Assembly (NCBI GenBank): GCA_963745035.1
Contig: CAVUVW010000014.1
Coordinates: forward strand, 928,001 to 992,000
Origin: an uncultured delta proteobacterium
Lineage (GTDB): Bacteria; Desulfobacterota; Binatia; UBA9968
Direction of reading: 5' to 3'
DNA length: 64,000 nt
The position numbers were made by a program, and so were the translations under genes. The notes under the pieces were generated by a model. That model saw nothing but the letters and a program-made list of their open reading frames with translations, searched no databases and was not told where the DNA came from. Below, one piece after another: positions 1-9,544 of this stretch (position 1 is its first letter; each line of letters begins with the position of its first letter).

Positions 1-6
1 GATCTG

Positions 7-843
7 GTGTTCAATAATTCAATTTTCACTGCGAGGAACGAATTGACCGCGGATTTTAACTACAGCGCGGAATGGGCGGCGGCGGAAACTGCAGCACGCG
101 AAGCGGGCGCGGTCGTCATGGGCCTTTTCAAAGGCAAGTACGACGTGCACGAGAAGAGCAAGAATAATCACGTTACGACCGCGGACCTCGAAGCCAACCG
201 TATTATTCGCGAAAAGATCAAGCGGTACTTTCCCGGCGACGGCTGGCTTTCTGAGGAAGACCAGGATACCAGCCAACGATTGGGCTGTTCGCGTGTTTGG
301 GTGGTCGATCCTATCGACGGTACTAGGGAGTTTATCGAGGGCGTGCCGCAGTTTGCCATCTCGATTGGGTTTGTTGTCGATGGCGTCCCTAAGGTTTCCA
401 TAGTTTTCAATCCGGCGAAGGAGCGGTTTTACAAAGCAGCGGCGGGGCAGGGCGCCTTTCTGAACGATCAAGTTATTCGCGTGACGCCACGCAATGACAT
501 CGACGGAGCATTGCTCCTCGTGAGCCGATCCGAGCCGCAGAAAAAATTTCAGGTCTTCGTCGATCGCTGCGAGATCAAGCCGGTCGGCAGCATCGCGTAC
601 CGGCTCGCGAAGGTCGCCGGCGGCGACGGCGATGCCACGATCACCTTTCGCACGATCCACGAATGGGATATTTGCGCCGGCGTGCTGATGGTGCTGGAAG
701 CCGGAGGCAGCGTCGTCGACGGTGCCGGCGCGACGATGACATTCAATCACCAGCTACCGAAGCATCGCGGCGTCATTGCGGCCAACGGCAATCTGTCCAA
801 CGGCTTGCAGGGAATGTGGGCGGATGCGATGGGCGATAGGTAA
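7..843 (+). CDS. Inositol monophosphatase / CysQ-like phosphatase
   Basis: Motifs TTADLEAN, WVVDPIDGT and EWDICAG; start is at the window edge and uncertain. Confidence 0.9.
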   Translation: MFNNSIFTARNELTADFNYSAEWAAAETAAREAGAVVMGLFKGKYDVHEKSKNNHVTTADLEANRIIREKIKRYFPGDGWLSEEDQDTSQRLGCSRVWVVDPIDGTREFIEGVPQFAISIGFVVDGVPKVSIVFNPAKERFYKAAAGQGAFLNDQVIRVTPRNDIDGALLLVSRSEPQKKFQVFVDRCEIKPVGSIAYRLAKVAGGDGDATITFRTIHEWDICAGVLMVLEAGGSVVDGAGATMTFNHQLPKHRGVIAANGNLSNGLQGMWADAMGDR

Positions 844-868
844 CGGCGCGGCCGGCGTTGGAGCGTGA

Positions 869-1192
869 ATGGGCAAATGCGTGTATTGCGGCGAGCGCGC
901 CGGGTTGTTCGGCCGGAACTGCGGTGATTGTAAAAAGCTCTTGAGTCGGGTGGCGGAACTGCGCGGCAAAGTGAGCTACGGGCGCTTTCTCGACGGTCTG
1001 GAAGAAACCGGCGTGGCCAAGGAAAAGATTCTGCGCTTTCTCACCGCGGATCCGGACGGCGCTGGCAGCATCCAGGACCAGGTGACCGCCGAGATGACCA
1101 CCGAGCTGATGAAAGTCATGGGCATCGCCGGACGGCAAACGGCTGGAGAGGTCAAGCGCATCCGTGGCAACGTCGACAAAGAGTCCGAGTAG
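869..1192 (+). CDS. Hypothetical protein with N-terminal Zn-ribbon
   Basis: CVYC...CGDC at N-terminus, GGAG RBS, in operon orientation. Confidence 0.7.
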   Translation: MGKCVYCGERAGLFGRNCGDCKKLLSRVAELRGKVSYGRFLDGLEETGVAKEKILRFLTADPDGAGSIQDQVTAEMTTELMKVMGIAGRQTAGEVKRIRGNVDKESE

Positions 1193-1212
1193 AATGGGCG
1201 CCCGCCGCGGTT

Positions 1213-1692
1213 ATGGCCATCACGATTTATTTGTCGCTCACTTTCTTGGCGCTCTATCTGATCGGCTTGGCGGTTCACCGATGGTTTTTTTTGCGCGACC
1301 GGCGCGCAATGGCGGCCGAAAGCCGGGACGGCGGCAGGGTGATTGCCAAGGTCGGCGACCTTGCGCCGGGCAAGGTCAAAAAATTCTGGCTGATTTGCCA
1401 AAAATATCGATTGGACGGCTTTTTGATCAACGATCGCGGCAGCTTTCACGCCTACGTGAACCGCTGCCGGCACATGCCGACGCCGCTCGACTTCGTCCGT
1501 GATGAGTTTGTCAGCGACGACGGGCGATTCTTGCGCTGCTACACCCACGGGGCGCTCTATGAGTTTGCCACCGGGCTGTGCGTCGACGGCCCGTGCAAGG
1601 GCGAGTCGCTCTACCGGTTGCCGGTGCGCGTGGACCGCGACGAGGTCCTCGTCGACTGTCCCGAAGGAAACCTGAAAGAGCTTGCGGATTGA
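1213..1692 (+). CDS. Rieske [2Fe-2S] protein with N-terminal TM anchor
   Basis: CRH...CYTHG...GPC Rieske ligands; hydrophobic N-terminus. Confidence 0.85.
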   Translation: MAITIYLSLTFLALYLIGLAVHRWFFLRDRRAMAAESRDGGRVIAKVGDLAPGKVKKFWLICQKYRLDGFLINDRGSFHAYVNRCRHMPTPLDFVRDEFVSDDGRFLRCYTHGALYEFATGLCVDGPCKGESLYRLPVRVDRDEVLVDCPEGNLKELAD

Positions 1693-1701
1693 GGAGCGGC
1701 G

Positions 1702-2073
1702 ATGGCCGAAAAAAAATCAGCGCGTAAACTGGTCGCGGCGGTGGGCGAAATCGAGCACGGCAAGAGCAAGAAGTTCACGTTGCGGCGCGGCCAGCGCGAT
1801 CTCGAGGCGCTGCTGGTCAACTTCGAGGGCTGCCATTTCGCGTACATCAATCGTTGCCCGCATACCGGCATCACGCTCGACTGGGTGAACAACCAATTTT
1901 TCAGCTCCGATAACCGCTATCTGATGTGCGCCACCCACGGCGCGGTGTTCGAGCCGCCGACCGGCGAGTGCATCTGGGGGCCGTGCGTCGGTCTCGCGCT
2001 GCAAAGCGTGCCGGTGGAAATCGAACAAGGACGGATTTACGCGCGCCTTCCCGGCTCGGACGCTGAGGAGTGA
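1702..2073 (+). CDS. Rieske [2Fe-2S] protein
   Basis: CPH...CATHG...GPC; paralog of the upstream gene. Confidence 0.88.
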   Translation: MAEKKSARKLVAAVGEIEHGKSKKFTLRRGQRDLEALLVNFEGCHFAYINRCPHTGITLDWVNNQFFSSDNRYLMCATHGAVFEPPTGECIWGPCVGLALQSVPVEIEQGRIYARLPGSDAEE

Positions 2074-2106
2074 GTCCGTGGGAGTCGCCAACGCGAGGAG
2101 CGCTCG

Positions 2107-2451
2107 ATGAATGGTTGTCTGTTTTGCGGTATCGCGGAGGGCAAGATCAAGGCCAACACGGTTTATGAGGACGAGCGTATCGTCGCCTTCACCGACATCC
2201 GGCCGCAGGCGCCGGTCCATATTCTTCTGATTCCGCGCAAGCACATCGCGGGCATGCTCGATATCGAGTCCGAGGACCGCGCGTTGATCGGCGAGATCTT
2301 TCAAGTCGCGGCGCGGCTGGCGCGCGAGCGGGGAATCGCCGACTCCGGGTTTCGCGTGGTCGTCAATTCCGGCGCCGACGCGGGGCAGAGCGTTTTTCAT
2401 CTGCACTACCATCTCATCGGCGGACGCTCGATGAGCTGGCCGCCCGGCTAA
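2107..2451 (+). CDS. Histidine triad nucleotide-binding protein (HinT-like)
   Basis: CLFC start, GQSVFHLHYH triad, WPPG end. Confidence 0.93.
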   Translation: MNGCLFCGIAEGKIKANTVYEDERIVAFTDIRPQAPVHILLIPRKHIAGMLDIESEDRALIGEIFQVAARLARERGIADSGFRVVVNSGADAGQSVFHLHYHLIGGRSMSWPPG

Positions 2452-2491
2452 CTTTTCTGAGTCCGGATCTATCGCAAATCGGAGGGGCTTC

Positions 2492-3751
2492 ATGACGGTT
2501 GATGAACCGCGCAGCGCAGCCAGTGAAATGGCGGTAGAACAGTTCGATCTCGCCGCCGGCAGACTCGGCATCGATCCCAACGTATCGACGCGCTTGCGGC
2601 GTCCGGACCGCTCGATGATCGTCAGCGTGCCGACGCGAATGGACGACGGCAGCGTGCACGTGTTTACCGGCTATCGCGTCCAGCACAACGACGTCCTCGG
2701 ACCTTTCAAAGGCGGCATACGCTATCATCCCGCCGTCAATCTCGGCGAGGTCTCAGCCCTGGCGATGTGGATGACGTGGAAATGCTCGCTCGTCGGTTTG
2801 CCGCTCGGCGGCGCGAAGGGCGGCATCGCTTGCGACCCGGCGACCTTGTCGCGCAATGAGCTCCAGTCGATGACGCGGCGTTTTACCGCGGAGATCCTCA
2901 ACATCATCGGACCCGAGGTCGACGTTCCCGCGCCCGACATGGGTACCAACGAACAAGTCATGGCCTGGATCATGGACACCTATTCCCAGCACAAGGGACA
3001 CGCCGTGCCGGAGATCGTCACAGGCAAGCCGGTGGCGATCGGCGGGACCTTGGGACGGCGCGAGGCGACCGGCCGCGGCGTAGTGTACATGATCATGGAA
3101 GCCGCCAAGCACTTGCAGATCGATTTGCCCAAGTGCACGGCAGTGGTGCAGGGCTTCGGCAACGTCGGTTCCGTGACGGCGAAAGAGCTGGCGAAAATCG
3201 GTCTCAAGATCATCGGCGTATCGGATCGCACCGGCGGCTACGTCGACCCCAAGGGGCTGCCAATTGATAAGCTTCTGGAAGTCGCCGACAGAAATCATAG
3301 CCTGGAAAACTGCCCGTATGGCGACAAGATCAGCAATCAAGAGATCTTGGAGCTCAAATGCGATGTGCTGGTTCCGGCCGCGTTGGAAATGCAGATTACC
3401 GAAATCAACGCGCCGCGCCTGCAGTGCCGGGTGCTTGCGGAGGGCGCCAACGGGCCGACGACGCCGCAGGCGGACGCGATCTTAAGAGACAAGGGCGTGT
3501 TCGTGATTCCCGATATTCTCGCCAATGCCGGCGGCGTCGTGGTGTCCTACTTCGAGTGGGTGCAGGACCTGCAGAATTTTTTCTGGACCGAAGACGAAGT
3601 GAACAGCAAGCTCCGCGACGTCTTGGTCAAGGCTTTCCATCAGGTGCTCGAAATGAGCCGGCAGCATTCAGTCGACATGCGCCTGGCGGCGCTGATGATC
3701 GGCATCGAGCGGGTCGCCCGGGCGATGTTGTGGCGCGGGCTGTACGCCTGA
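2492..3751 (+). CDS. gdhA: Glu/Leu/Phe/Val dehydrogenase (glutamate dehydrogenase)
   Basis: KGGIRY, GGAKGG, VPAPD, QGFGNVG, EGANGP, NAGGVVVSYFEW. Confidence 0.93.
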   Translation: MTVDEPRSAASEMAVEQFDLAAGRLGIDPNVSTRLRRPDRSMIVSVPTRMDDGSVHVFTGYRVQHNDVLGPFKGGIRYHPAVNLGEVSALAMWMTWKCSLVGLPLGGAKGGIACDPATLSRNELQSMTRRFTAEILNIIGPEVDVPAPDMGTNEQVMAWIMDTYSQHKGHAVPEIVTGKPVAIGGTLGRREATGRGVVYMIMEAAKHLQIDLPKCTAVVQGFGNVGSVTAKELAKIGLKIIGVSDRTGGYVDPKGLPIDKLLEVADRNHSLENCPYGDKISNQEILELKCDVLVPAALEMQITEINAPRLQCRVLAEGANGPTTPQADAILRDKGVFVIPDILANAGGVVVSYFEWVQDLQNFFWTEDEVNSKLRDVLVKAFHQVLEMSRQHSVDMRLAALMIGIERVARAMLWRGLYA

Positions 3752-3832
3752 CGGCGTCCCGCTCGCCGCGTTGAAGCGCGGCAGAGAAACTGCTAACGAG
3801 GACAGCAAGAAACAAAAAAAGGATTCTAGAAA

Positions 3833-4393
3833 ATGGTCCAAGCGACGCAACTTCGGCCGGGCATGATCATCATCCACGAGGGCGACCTCTTTCGCGTGAC
3901 CGCAGTGCACCACCTGACGCCGGGTAACAAGCGCGGTTTCATGCAGACCAAAATGAAAAACCTGCGCACCGGCATCGGCACCGAATACAAGTTCCGCTCC
4001 GAGGACCGCGTCGATCAGGCGATATTGGAAAACCGGCAGATGCAGTATCTGTACGCCGAAGGGGACCTGCATACTTTCATGGATACCGAAAACTACGAGC
4101 AGACTGCGTTGACCGCAGAGGACATCGGCGACCTGCTCCTCTATCTGCTGCCGAACTCGGTGGTGGGGATCGAATTTCACGACGGCAAGCCGGTAGGCAT
4201 CAATCCGCCGTCGACGGTCGATCTGCAAGTGGTCGATACCGAGCCGTCGATGAAGGGCGCGACGGCGAGCGCATCCTATAAACCGGCGAAGCTGGAAACC
4301 GGCGTGACGGTGCAAGTTCCGCCGTTCATTCAAGTCGGCGACAAAGTGCGCGTCGATCCTTCCGACGGCTCGTACCAGGAGCGCGTCAAGTAG
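3833..4393 (+). CDS. efp: Translation elongation factor P
   Basis: MQYLY, KPAKLETG, VPPFI motifs; loop reads PGNKR. Confidence 0.95.
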   Translation: MVQATQLRPGMIIIHEGDLFRVTAVHHLTPGNKRGFMQTKMKNLRTGIGTEYKFRSEDRVDQAILENRQMQYLYAEGDLHTFMDTENYEQTALTAEDIGDLLLYLLPNSVVGIEFHDGKPVGINPPSTVDLQVVDTEPSMKGATASASYKPAKLETGVTVQVPPFIQVGDKVRVDPSDGSYQERVK

Positions 4394-4982
4394 CTTTGAT
4401 TTTCTCGATCACCGCCCGCACTTGACGTTCCAGGTCCGCTATATCGCCGTCGTTCTCGATCACGTAGTCCGCGAGCCGGCGTTTTTCTTCAAGGCTCATC
4501 TGCGCGTCGATGTGCTTTTGCGCCGCTTCCGGGCTCAAGCGATCGCGCTGCTCCAGCCGCCGCCTCTGGACCGCAGCGTCGCACGCGACCAGGACCACGG
4601 GTCGAAGCCATTCATGGAGCTTGCCTTCGAAAAGCAGCGGCACTTCATAGACGATGATTTCGTACCCGGCGGCGGCGTGTTGCGCGATGCGCTCCTCGGC
4701 GAGCGCGCGCACGCGCGGATGGATGATCGACTCGAGCTGTTTTCTCGCCGCCGGATCGTTGAAAATCGTCGAGCGGAGCTTTTGCCGGTCGAGAGTGCGG
4801 TCGGCTTGCAGCACTTCGGCGCCGAATGTTTCGATGATTTTTTTCCAGGCGTCGCGCTCGGGCTCGACGACTTCCCGCGCCAACGCGTCAGCGTCGACGA
4901 TCGCCGCGCCGAGGCGCGCGAGGATTTTAGCGACCGTAGTTTTTCCCGAGGCGATGCCGCCGGTTAAGCCGATTAATTTCAC
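4386..4982 (-). CDS. coaE: Dephospho-CoA kinase
   Basis: IGLTGGIASGKT P-loop, DAD, IIHP, VPLLFE, ADYVIEN. Confidence 0.95.
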   Translation of the reverse strand: MKLIGLTGGIASGKTTVAKILARLGAAIVDADALAREVVEPERDAWKKIIETFGAEVLQADRTLDRQKLRSTIFNDPAARKQLESIIHPRVRALAEERIAQHAAAGYEIIVYEVPLLFEGKLHEWLRPVVLVACDAAVQRRRLEQRDRLSPEAAQKHIDAQMSLEEKRRLADYVIENDGDIADLERQVRAVIEKIKAT

Positions 4983-5077
4983 GCCACACTAATGGCAAAA
5001 TCGGCATGGGCTTTCAATCGGTGGGCGGCAAAGCGGGCGCGCACGCAGTGAAAAGAGTGAAAAGAAGGTGATCGATC

Positions 5078-5335
5078 ATGGCCCGAGTTGTAATTTATAC
5101 CACCAACTATTGCCCTTATTGCACCGGAGCGAAGGCGCTCCTGCGCTCGAAAAGTATCGTCTTTGAAGAGATCGACGTAACCCACGATGAGAAATTGCGC
5201 GAAGAGATGGAGCAGCGCTCGCGGCGGCGCACCGTGCCGCAGATTTTTATCGACGGCGAGCCGATCGGCGGTTACGATGACGCGCGGCGCCTGGATGCCG
5301 CCGGAGAGCTCGATCGCATGCTTGGACTGGCATGA
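5078..5335 (+). CDS. grxC: Glutaredoxin 3
   Basis: CPYC, TVPQIFI, IGGYDD. Confidence 0.93.
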   Translation: MARVVIYTTNYCPYCTGAKALLRSKSIVFEEIDVTHDEKLREEMEQRSRRRTVPQIFIDGEPIGGYDDARRLDAAGELDRMLGLA

Positions 5336-5368
5336 AACGGCGCTGCGTTCGACGAAATTGGCGGAAAC

Positions 5369-5405
5369 TGGAGGCGGCGAGCGGATTCGAACCGCTGCAT
5401 CGAGG
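5369..5405 (-). repeat. att core repeat (displaced 3' end of tRNA-Cys)
   Basis: TGGAGGCGGCGAGCGGATTCGAACCGCTGCATCGAGG is identical to 21886-21922 (37 bp). Confidence 0.97.
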
Positions 5406-5440
5406 CCAAAAGACTAAAATCAAGAAGTAGATACGGAGTG

Positions 5441-5470
5441 TGAAGGAGCCCGGATTTCCGGGCTTTTTCA
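5441..5470 (+). terminator. Intrinsic terminator just inside the left att
   Basis: AGCCCGGA-TT-TCCGGGCT hairpin followed by TTTTCATTTT. Confidence 0.75.
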
Positions 5471-5506
5471 TTTTGGGCGTACAGTGATACGGTTTGTTAC
5501 CCGTTT

Positions 5507-5532
5507 TTGGCACAAAACTGGAACGTTTTTTT
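5507..5532 (+). repeat. Putative integrase arm-type site (left)
   Basis: TTGGCACAAAACTGGAACGTTTTTTT matches 21810-21835 at 23/26 positions. Confidence 0.7.
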
Positions 5533-5626
5533 GGCATGCGCATGCAACATGACGTGGCACACCCCCCACCCCCCGTTTGGCGACTAGGGAACCTAGCCAA
5601 ACACGGCGCAAAAACAAAAAGGGCTC

Positions 5627-5890
5627 ATGGCAAAGCGGACTGACACCAAAATCGCGGTTCTCGTGCAGGTGATGGACGAGCTGGGCTTCGACCGGGAAAC
5701 CATCGCAACGGTTTCCAAGGTGCCGCAGCGGACAATCAGCGATATTGTGAACCGGCGCAGTTATTGGGCTACTGCGGGTGAGTTTAACGAGGTGCGGGAG
5801 ACGTACACGCTTTACCTGCGAAAGTGCCTCAAAGACGACGCTGCGGCGCTTGGGCACGCCGTTTTGAGGCGGCTCGAGGAATTAACGTGA
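5627..5890 (+). CDS. HTH-containing protein (frame stays open past the TGA to 5968)
   Basis: RETIATVSKVPQRTISDIVN is HTH-like. Confidence 0.6.
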   Translation: MAKRTDTKIAVLVQVMDELGFDRETIATVSKVPQRTISDIVNRRSYWATAGEFNEVRETYTLYLRKCLKDDAAALGHAVLRRLEELT

Positions 5891-5972
5891 GATGCGGACT
5901 TCACGACTACTTTAAACATCGCCAGTGCGGTAGCGACCCTAGCAGCAAGAATCGAAAGTGGGAGATAGCAAA

Positions 5973-6185
5973 ATGGAGACACAAGAAAAGTATCTCAGCA
6001 CCGGCCAGCTAATGGACTTTCTGGAAATCTCACGGAGCACGGTTTACCGGCTCATGGCCAGAGGGATGCCAAATATTATGGTCGGGACCGTTCACAGGTT
6101 TCCAAGAGAGCGAGTAATAGACTGGCTGGAGCGGAAATCTGATAAGCAGCGACTTACCGAGACACGTACAGCTACTAGAAACTAG
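5973..6185 (+). CDS. Excisionase-like HTH (HTH_17/MerR-type) protein
   Basis: YLSTGQLMDFLEISRSTVYRL...GMP...RF...VIDWL; GGGAGA RBS. Confidence 0.85.
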   Translation: METQEKYLSTGQLMDFLEISRSTVYRLMARGMPNIMVGTVHRFPRERVIDWLERKSDKQRLTETRTATRN

Positions 6186-6327
6186 CCCAAAAAGACTATA
6201 AGCGATACGAGCTGTGAAGCCCAAATTGACGGGTCATTCGCAAAGGTTCGCCGCTTTAAAAAAGGGGCCTCCGCTCCTCATTATGGTGCGAGTTACGGCG
6301 ACAACCAGCCGCAGGGATATAGCGCCA

Positions 6328-6534
6328 ATGACCGTTAACGCAGTTAAACGGCCATTCTCAGAGCTGTGCGAATCCGTTCTGCAAGGCACCCGTCAACATC
6401 AAGTCACCGCGCGGCAAGCATGGGCGCTACTGCTCCGATCACTGCCGATGGACGGCTACGCTTTGAAGCAGGCCAAGGCACTGCTCACAACCGCGTTGGG
6501 TCATCCGGTTCACGAACTGTTGGACGGACTATGA
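6328..6534 (+). CDS. Hypothetical protein
   Basis: Open helical-looking ORF; start uncertain. Confidence 0.4.
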   Translation: MTVNAVKRPFSELCESVLQGTRQHQVTARQAWALLLRSLPMDGYALKQAKALLTTALGHPVHELLDGL

Positions 6535-6723
6535 GATGCTTGAGTCACACTGACACAGACCTTCGCGGTGCAGGCGCAGGCATTCGAAACAAGGAACACC
6601 TGGCGCATGGAGCTGTTTCTCCTCTACTTCAAAATCTTGGGTTGGCCAGTGTGAGCAATTTATGCAGAAATGCCAGAAAGGCTCATCTCGAAGACGGCGG
6701 TAATTTCGTCTCTCCTGAACCAT
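6529..6723 (-). CDS. Small Cys-rich putative Zn-binding protein
   Basis: WHFCINCSHWP...CFEC. Confidence 0.6.
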   Translation of the reverse strand: MVQERRNYRRLRDEPFWHFCINCSHWPTQDFEVEEKQLHAPGVPCFECLRLHREGLCQCDSSIS

Positions 6724-6822
6724 CCCTTCAGAGTACCAAGATCGGGTAACACGCTATGAGCCGGCAGTCGTGGCAACTTGATCGAAAGCAATCAATGTTA
6801 TTGATCAGTACTCCCGTCGGTC

Positions 6823-7023
6823 TTATCCGAAAGGCAATCGGCCTAGCAAAACCACTTCGCTTTCGGAAGTCACGTAGACTGAGCCGCAGTATTCGCACAT
6901 CCAAGCGGTTTCTTCGAGTAGGACTATCGCCGCTCGCGTTTCATTGGAGAGCTGGGAAAATTCCTGAACTCCAAGTGGTCTCTGTGTTCCAATGTTACAC
7001 CTGCCGGGGCATCCCGTTTTCAC
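6823..7023 (-). CDS. Small putative Zn-ribbon protein
   Basis: CPGRC...CEYCGSVY; GGAGG upstream. Confidence 0.5.
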   Translation of the reverse strand: MKTGCPGRCNIGTQRPLGVQEFSQLSNETRAAIVLLEETAWMCEYCGSVYVTSESEVVLLGRLPFG

Positions 7024-7700
7024 TGGTGTACGCCTCCCGCAATTTGAGCGAAACGCAATCAGCGGGCCAAAAGACAGCTTACGCTAAGCAGTCGAATCTT
7101 CAGTTAGCATGCGAGATATGGCGAGCGGAGCAGGAAATTCCGTTCGGAAGGATCTGTTTATCGCCTCCAGATTGGTTCGATTAACACAGGAATTTAACGG
7201 CTAAAATGTTGAGTCGCTGAAGATTGATTGCATGAGGCACACGGGTCCGTGATTTTCTAGAGAACACAACATCTGCCTCGTTTGCTGGTCCAACTATGAC
7301 AAAACTGATCCAGCCGATCAGCTTCCAGGGAAATGTGGATCGACGTGGAACAGCTGCCCAGACGCAGAATAACTTGAGCACGGCGACACAGACTATCTGA
7401 TCAACCGGCAGCTCTAAATCTATCCGAATATGGTAGTGTCAGGGAAACAAAGCACCCAAACAGACCATACGCTGGCGATGCGTTGCGCCCGAAGCACGCG
7501 GTCTGTACCTCACACTAACTGCTACGCCTCCATCAGTGTAGCCGAGCCTGAGCCTGTCTCACCGTTGGAACAGCGCCGGCTATTAATCCCAAATCTCGGA
7601 GACTACATGGAAAAAAACAGGAGATTTATGAATAGGCTTGCCGTTCCCAGTGGCACGTTTGCTGCGTTGTTATGGGTAGTCCACTTCAATGTGAAACATT

Positions 7701-8210
7701 ATGGTTCACGCCAGCTCACTAAGAGTCATCGGTCAGGCATTAGAAGTGGCCGACGTTCGTGCTTTCGAACTTGAGAAACACGGCCAGTACTATGTCGTCT
7801 GGAGCGATTCACTGGCAAACGCAGACAAATGGATTTCTGACTGGGCGCTCACTGCCGATTGTTATGCCGGAGGCGCTCGGCAGGACAAGGCAAACTGCTC
7901 GTTGTGTTTCAGCCGGTCCGATATAATTCGTCTGGATCATAAGGGCAGTAAACGTAGGCGCAGCGAGTCATCATCGTATACCCAGGGCAACAAGCTTCCT
8001 CAATTGCTGCGCACCGTGGGCGAACACCTGGACCGTAATGCAGTTGGTGCGTTTCGTCTTTCCTGGACGCCGGAGGACGCAAGAGTTTCGATCCTACCTA
8101 CCAATGACTTAATGCTTGAAAAAATAACATTCACCCAAGAGAAGCTTCGGCAGCTCTCGTTGCATACTCGATTCCGACGATCAAAGCCGCACGGTCTTCG
8201 ATCCACGTAA
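7701..8210 (+). CDS. Hypothetical protein
   Basis: 169-aa ORF with possible internal repeat (LRVIGQALE / LRTVGEHLD). Confidence 0.65.
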   Translation: MVHASSLRVIGQALEVADVRAFELEKHGQYYVVWSDSLANADKWISDWALTADCYAGGARQDKANCSLCFSRSDIIRLDHKGSKRRRSESSSYTQGNKLPQLLRTVGEHLDRNAVGAFRLSWTPEDARVSILPTNDLMLEKITFTQEKLRQLSLHTRFRRSKPHGLRST

Positions 8211-8330
8211 GATGACCCTTGCGACACGCTACACCCGCAAGAAATTTGCGCGGATCGCAGTTACCCCACACCGCAATTCTATTTCGCCAAAAGGCAGGTT
8301 CAGGGGGTTATCGAACGATAAAGAGAACGC

Positions 8331-8381
8331 ACAGCAACACACATCGCGGACGTAAACAGCAACACACATCCGCGGACGTAA
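8331..8381. repeat. Tandem 25/26-bp duplication
   Basis: ACAGCAACACACATC(C)GCGGACGTAA twice, adjacent. Confidence 0.85.
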
Positions 8382-8439
8382 AAGGAGGACCTTGCTTTTA
8401 TACATATAGAAAACGCCGTACAGAAGAGGGTAAAAGACG

Positions 8440-8715
8440 ATGAAACTTGGCGAGCAACCTTGGTGGCCGAGAACATGGAGAAGTCCAACCTACGAAAATA
8501 TTCCGGCCGAGGAGATCAGAAAAGACGGCGTTTTTGTAGATTGCGACCTATTTCCGAACGAACTCATGATCCGGGTTAATTACAACGGCATGATTGTCAG
8601 CGGCCGGATCGCTAGTGGGAATTTGAATGTACCCGCAAATTTACAGCCGATTATGGACCTTCTTTCCGACTACACTGGAAGTTCAATGCAATGTATCGAG
8701 GATCTGGAATTTTGA
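8440..8715 (+). CDS. Unknown small-protein family, paralog B
   Basis: WWPRTW...YNG...GSSMQCIEDLEF resembles 10024-10374; GAGGG RBS. Confidence 0.65.
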   Translation: MKLGEQPWWPRTWRSPTYENIPAEEIRKDGVFVDCDLFPNELMIRVNYNGMIVSGRIASGNLNVPANLQPIMDLLSDYTGSSMQCIEDLEF

Positions 8716-8953
8716 ACTTACCTTTGCCGCCGCCCCGGAGCTCCCCACTTCCGGGGTATCGACACCCTATCAAGCGAACGCGCTCACCGGTTCCCAAGAT
8801 CAAAGTGTCACCGTCAACCACACGCTGAACAAACTCGAGGTCGGGTGCCGACAATCCCGGATCGGCTGGATTGAGGAATGCTGCGAGGATCGCGACGACG
8901 ATAAACGCCGGAAGCGCATATCTCCACTTCACAAGTTGATCCTTCACTCGCAT
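8700..8953 (-). pseudogene. Truncated thermonuclease (SNase-like)
   Basis: Signal peptide, then VQRVVDGDTL...VRLIG, frameshift into VDTPE; the rest of the domain is absent. Confidence 0.7.
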
Positions 8954-8982
8954 GGTGGTCGATGCAGGTCAGTTCATTCACT

Positions 8983-9219
8983 TCAGTACGAGATAGTTCG
9001 CCCGCTCACCGTTTGGTCTTTAGCTTCGTCGGCCATTTTGAAGGCGTCACCCGATTTGCCGCTGAGCACAATCCAAGCGAACCAGTAGTCACATGCCACA
9101 CACTGCCCTTTGAGCGCATGGACACGTCGCTTAGAAGGCGACTCACACATCGTGAGGCCGAGATAACCACGGCAGCGTGGGCAGGACCTGTGGAAGTAGC
9201 GTGCCATGGGCTCAGGCAT
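8983..9219 (-). CDS. Small Zn-ribbon protein
   Basis: CPRC...CVAC. Confidence 0.6.
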   Translation of the reverse strand: MPEPMARYFHRSCPRCRGYLGLTMCESPSKRRVHALKGQCVACDYWFAWIVLSGKSGDAFKMADEAKDQTVSGRTISY

Positions 9220-9508
9220 AGAGGTAAGCTGTCCAAGCGCTGACCAAGGCAGTCGTGATCACAAGCCAGAGAAATGATCGACGCACGGTCATATCCACTC
9301 TCCTAAGCGTAAGCGATCACGCCCAAAGCGCAGACGGAAATAAGCCGACCGCGAACCAAAAAAGTGAATTACCCAGTGTCATGGTACACCTCCTGAAGAG
9401 GCGGAGATATACCGTTATTTATCGGGGAACGTCAATAAGCTACTTGGAATGCGTCCACCGGTGTGACTACGGAGCGGCAACTAATCACTAATGGCAATCT
9501 CTTTTCTG

Positions 9509-9538
9509 TAGACAAGCCACCGCCTAACAGCCTAAACT
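9509..9538 (+). promoter_or_regulatory. Putative sigma70 promoter of candidate sRNA
   Basis: TAGACA-N18-TAAACT. Confidence 0.5.
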
Positions 9539-9544
9539 CTGCGG

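Noticed and set aside
5369-5405. Second tRNA-Cys gene
   Set aside because: Only the 3' 37 nt are present, without anticodon or D arm; it is the att duplicate
8331-8381. CRISPR array
   Set aside because: Two abutting copies, no spacers and no cas genes
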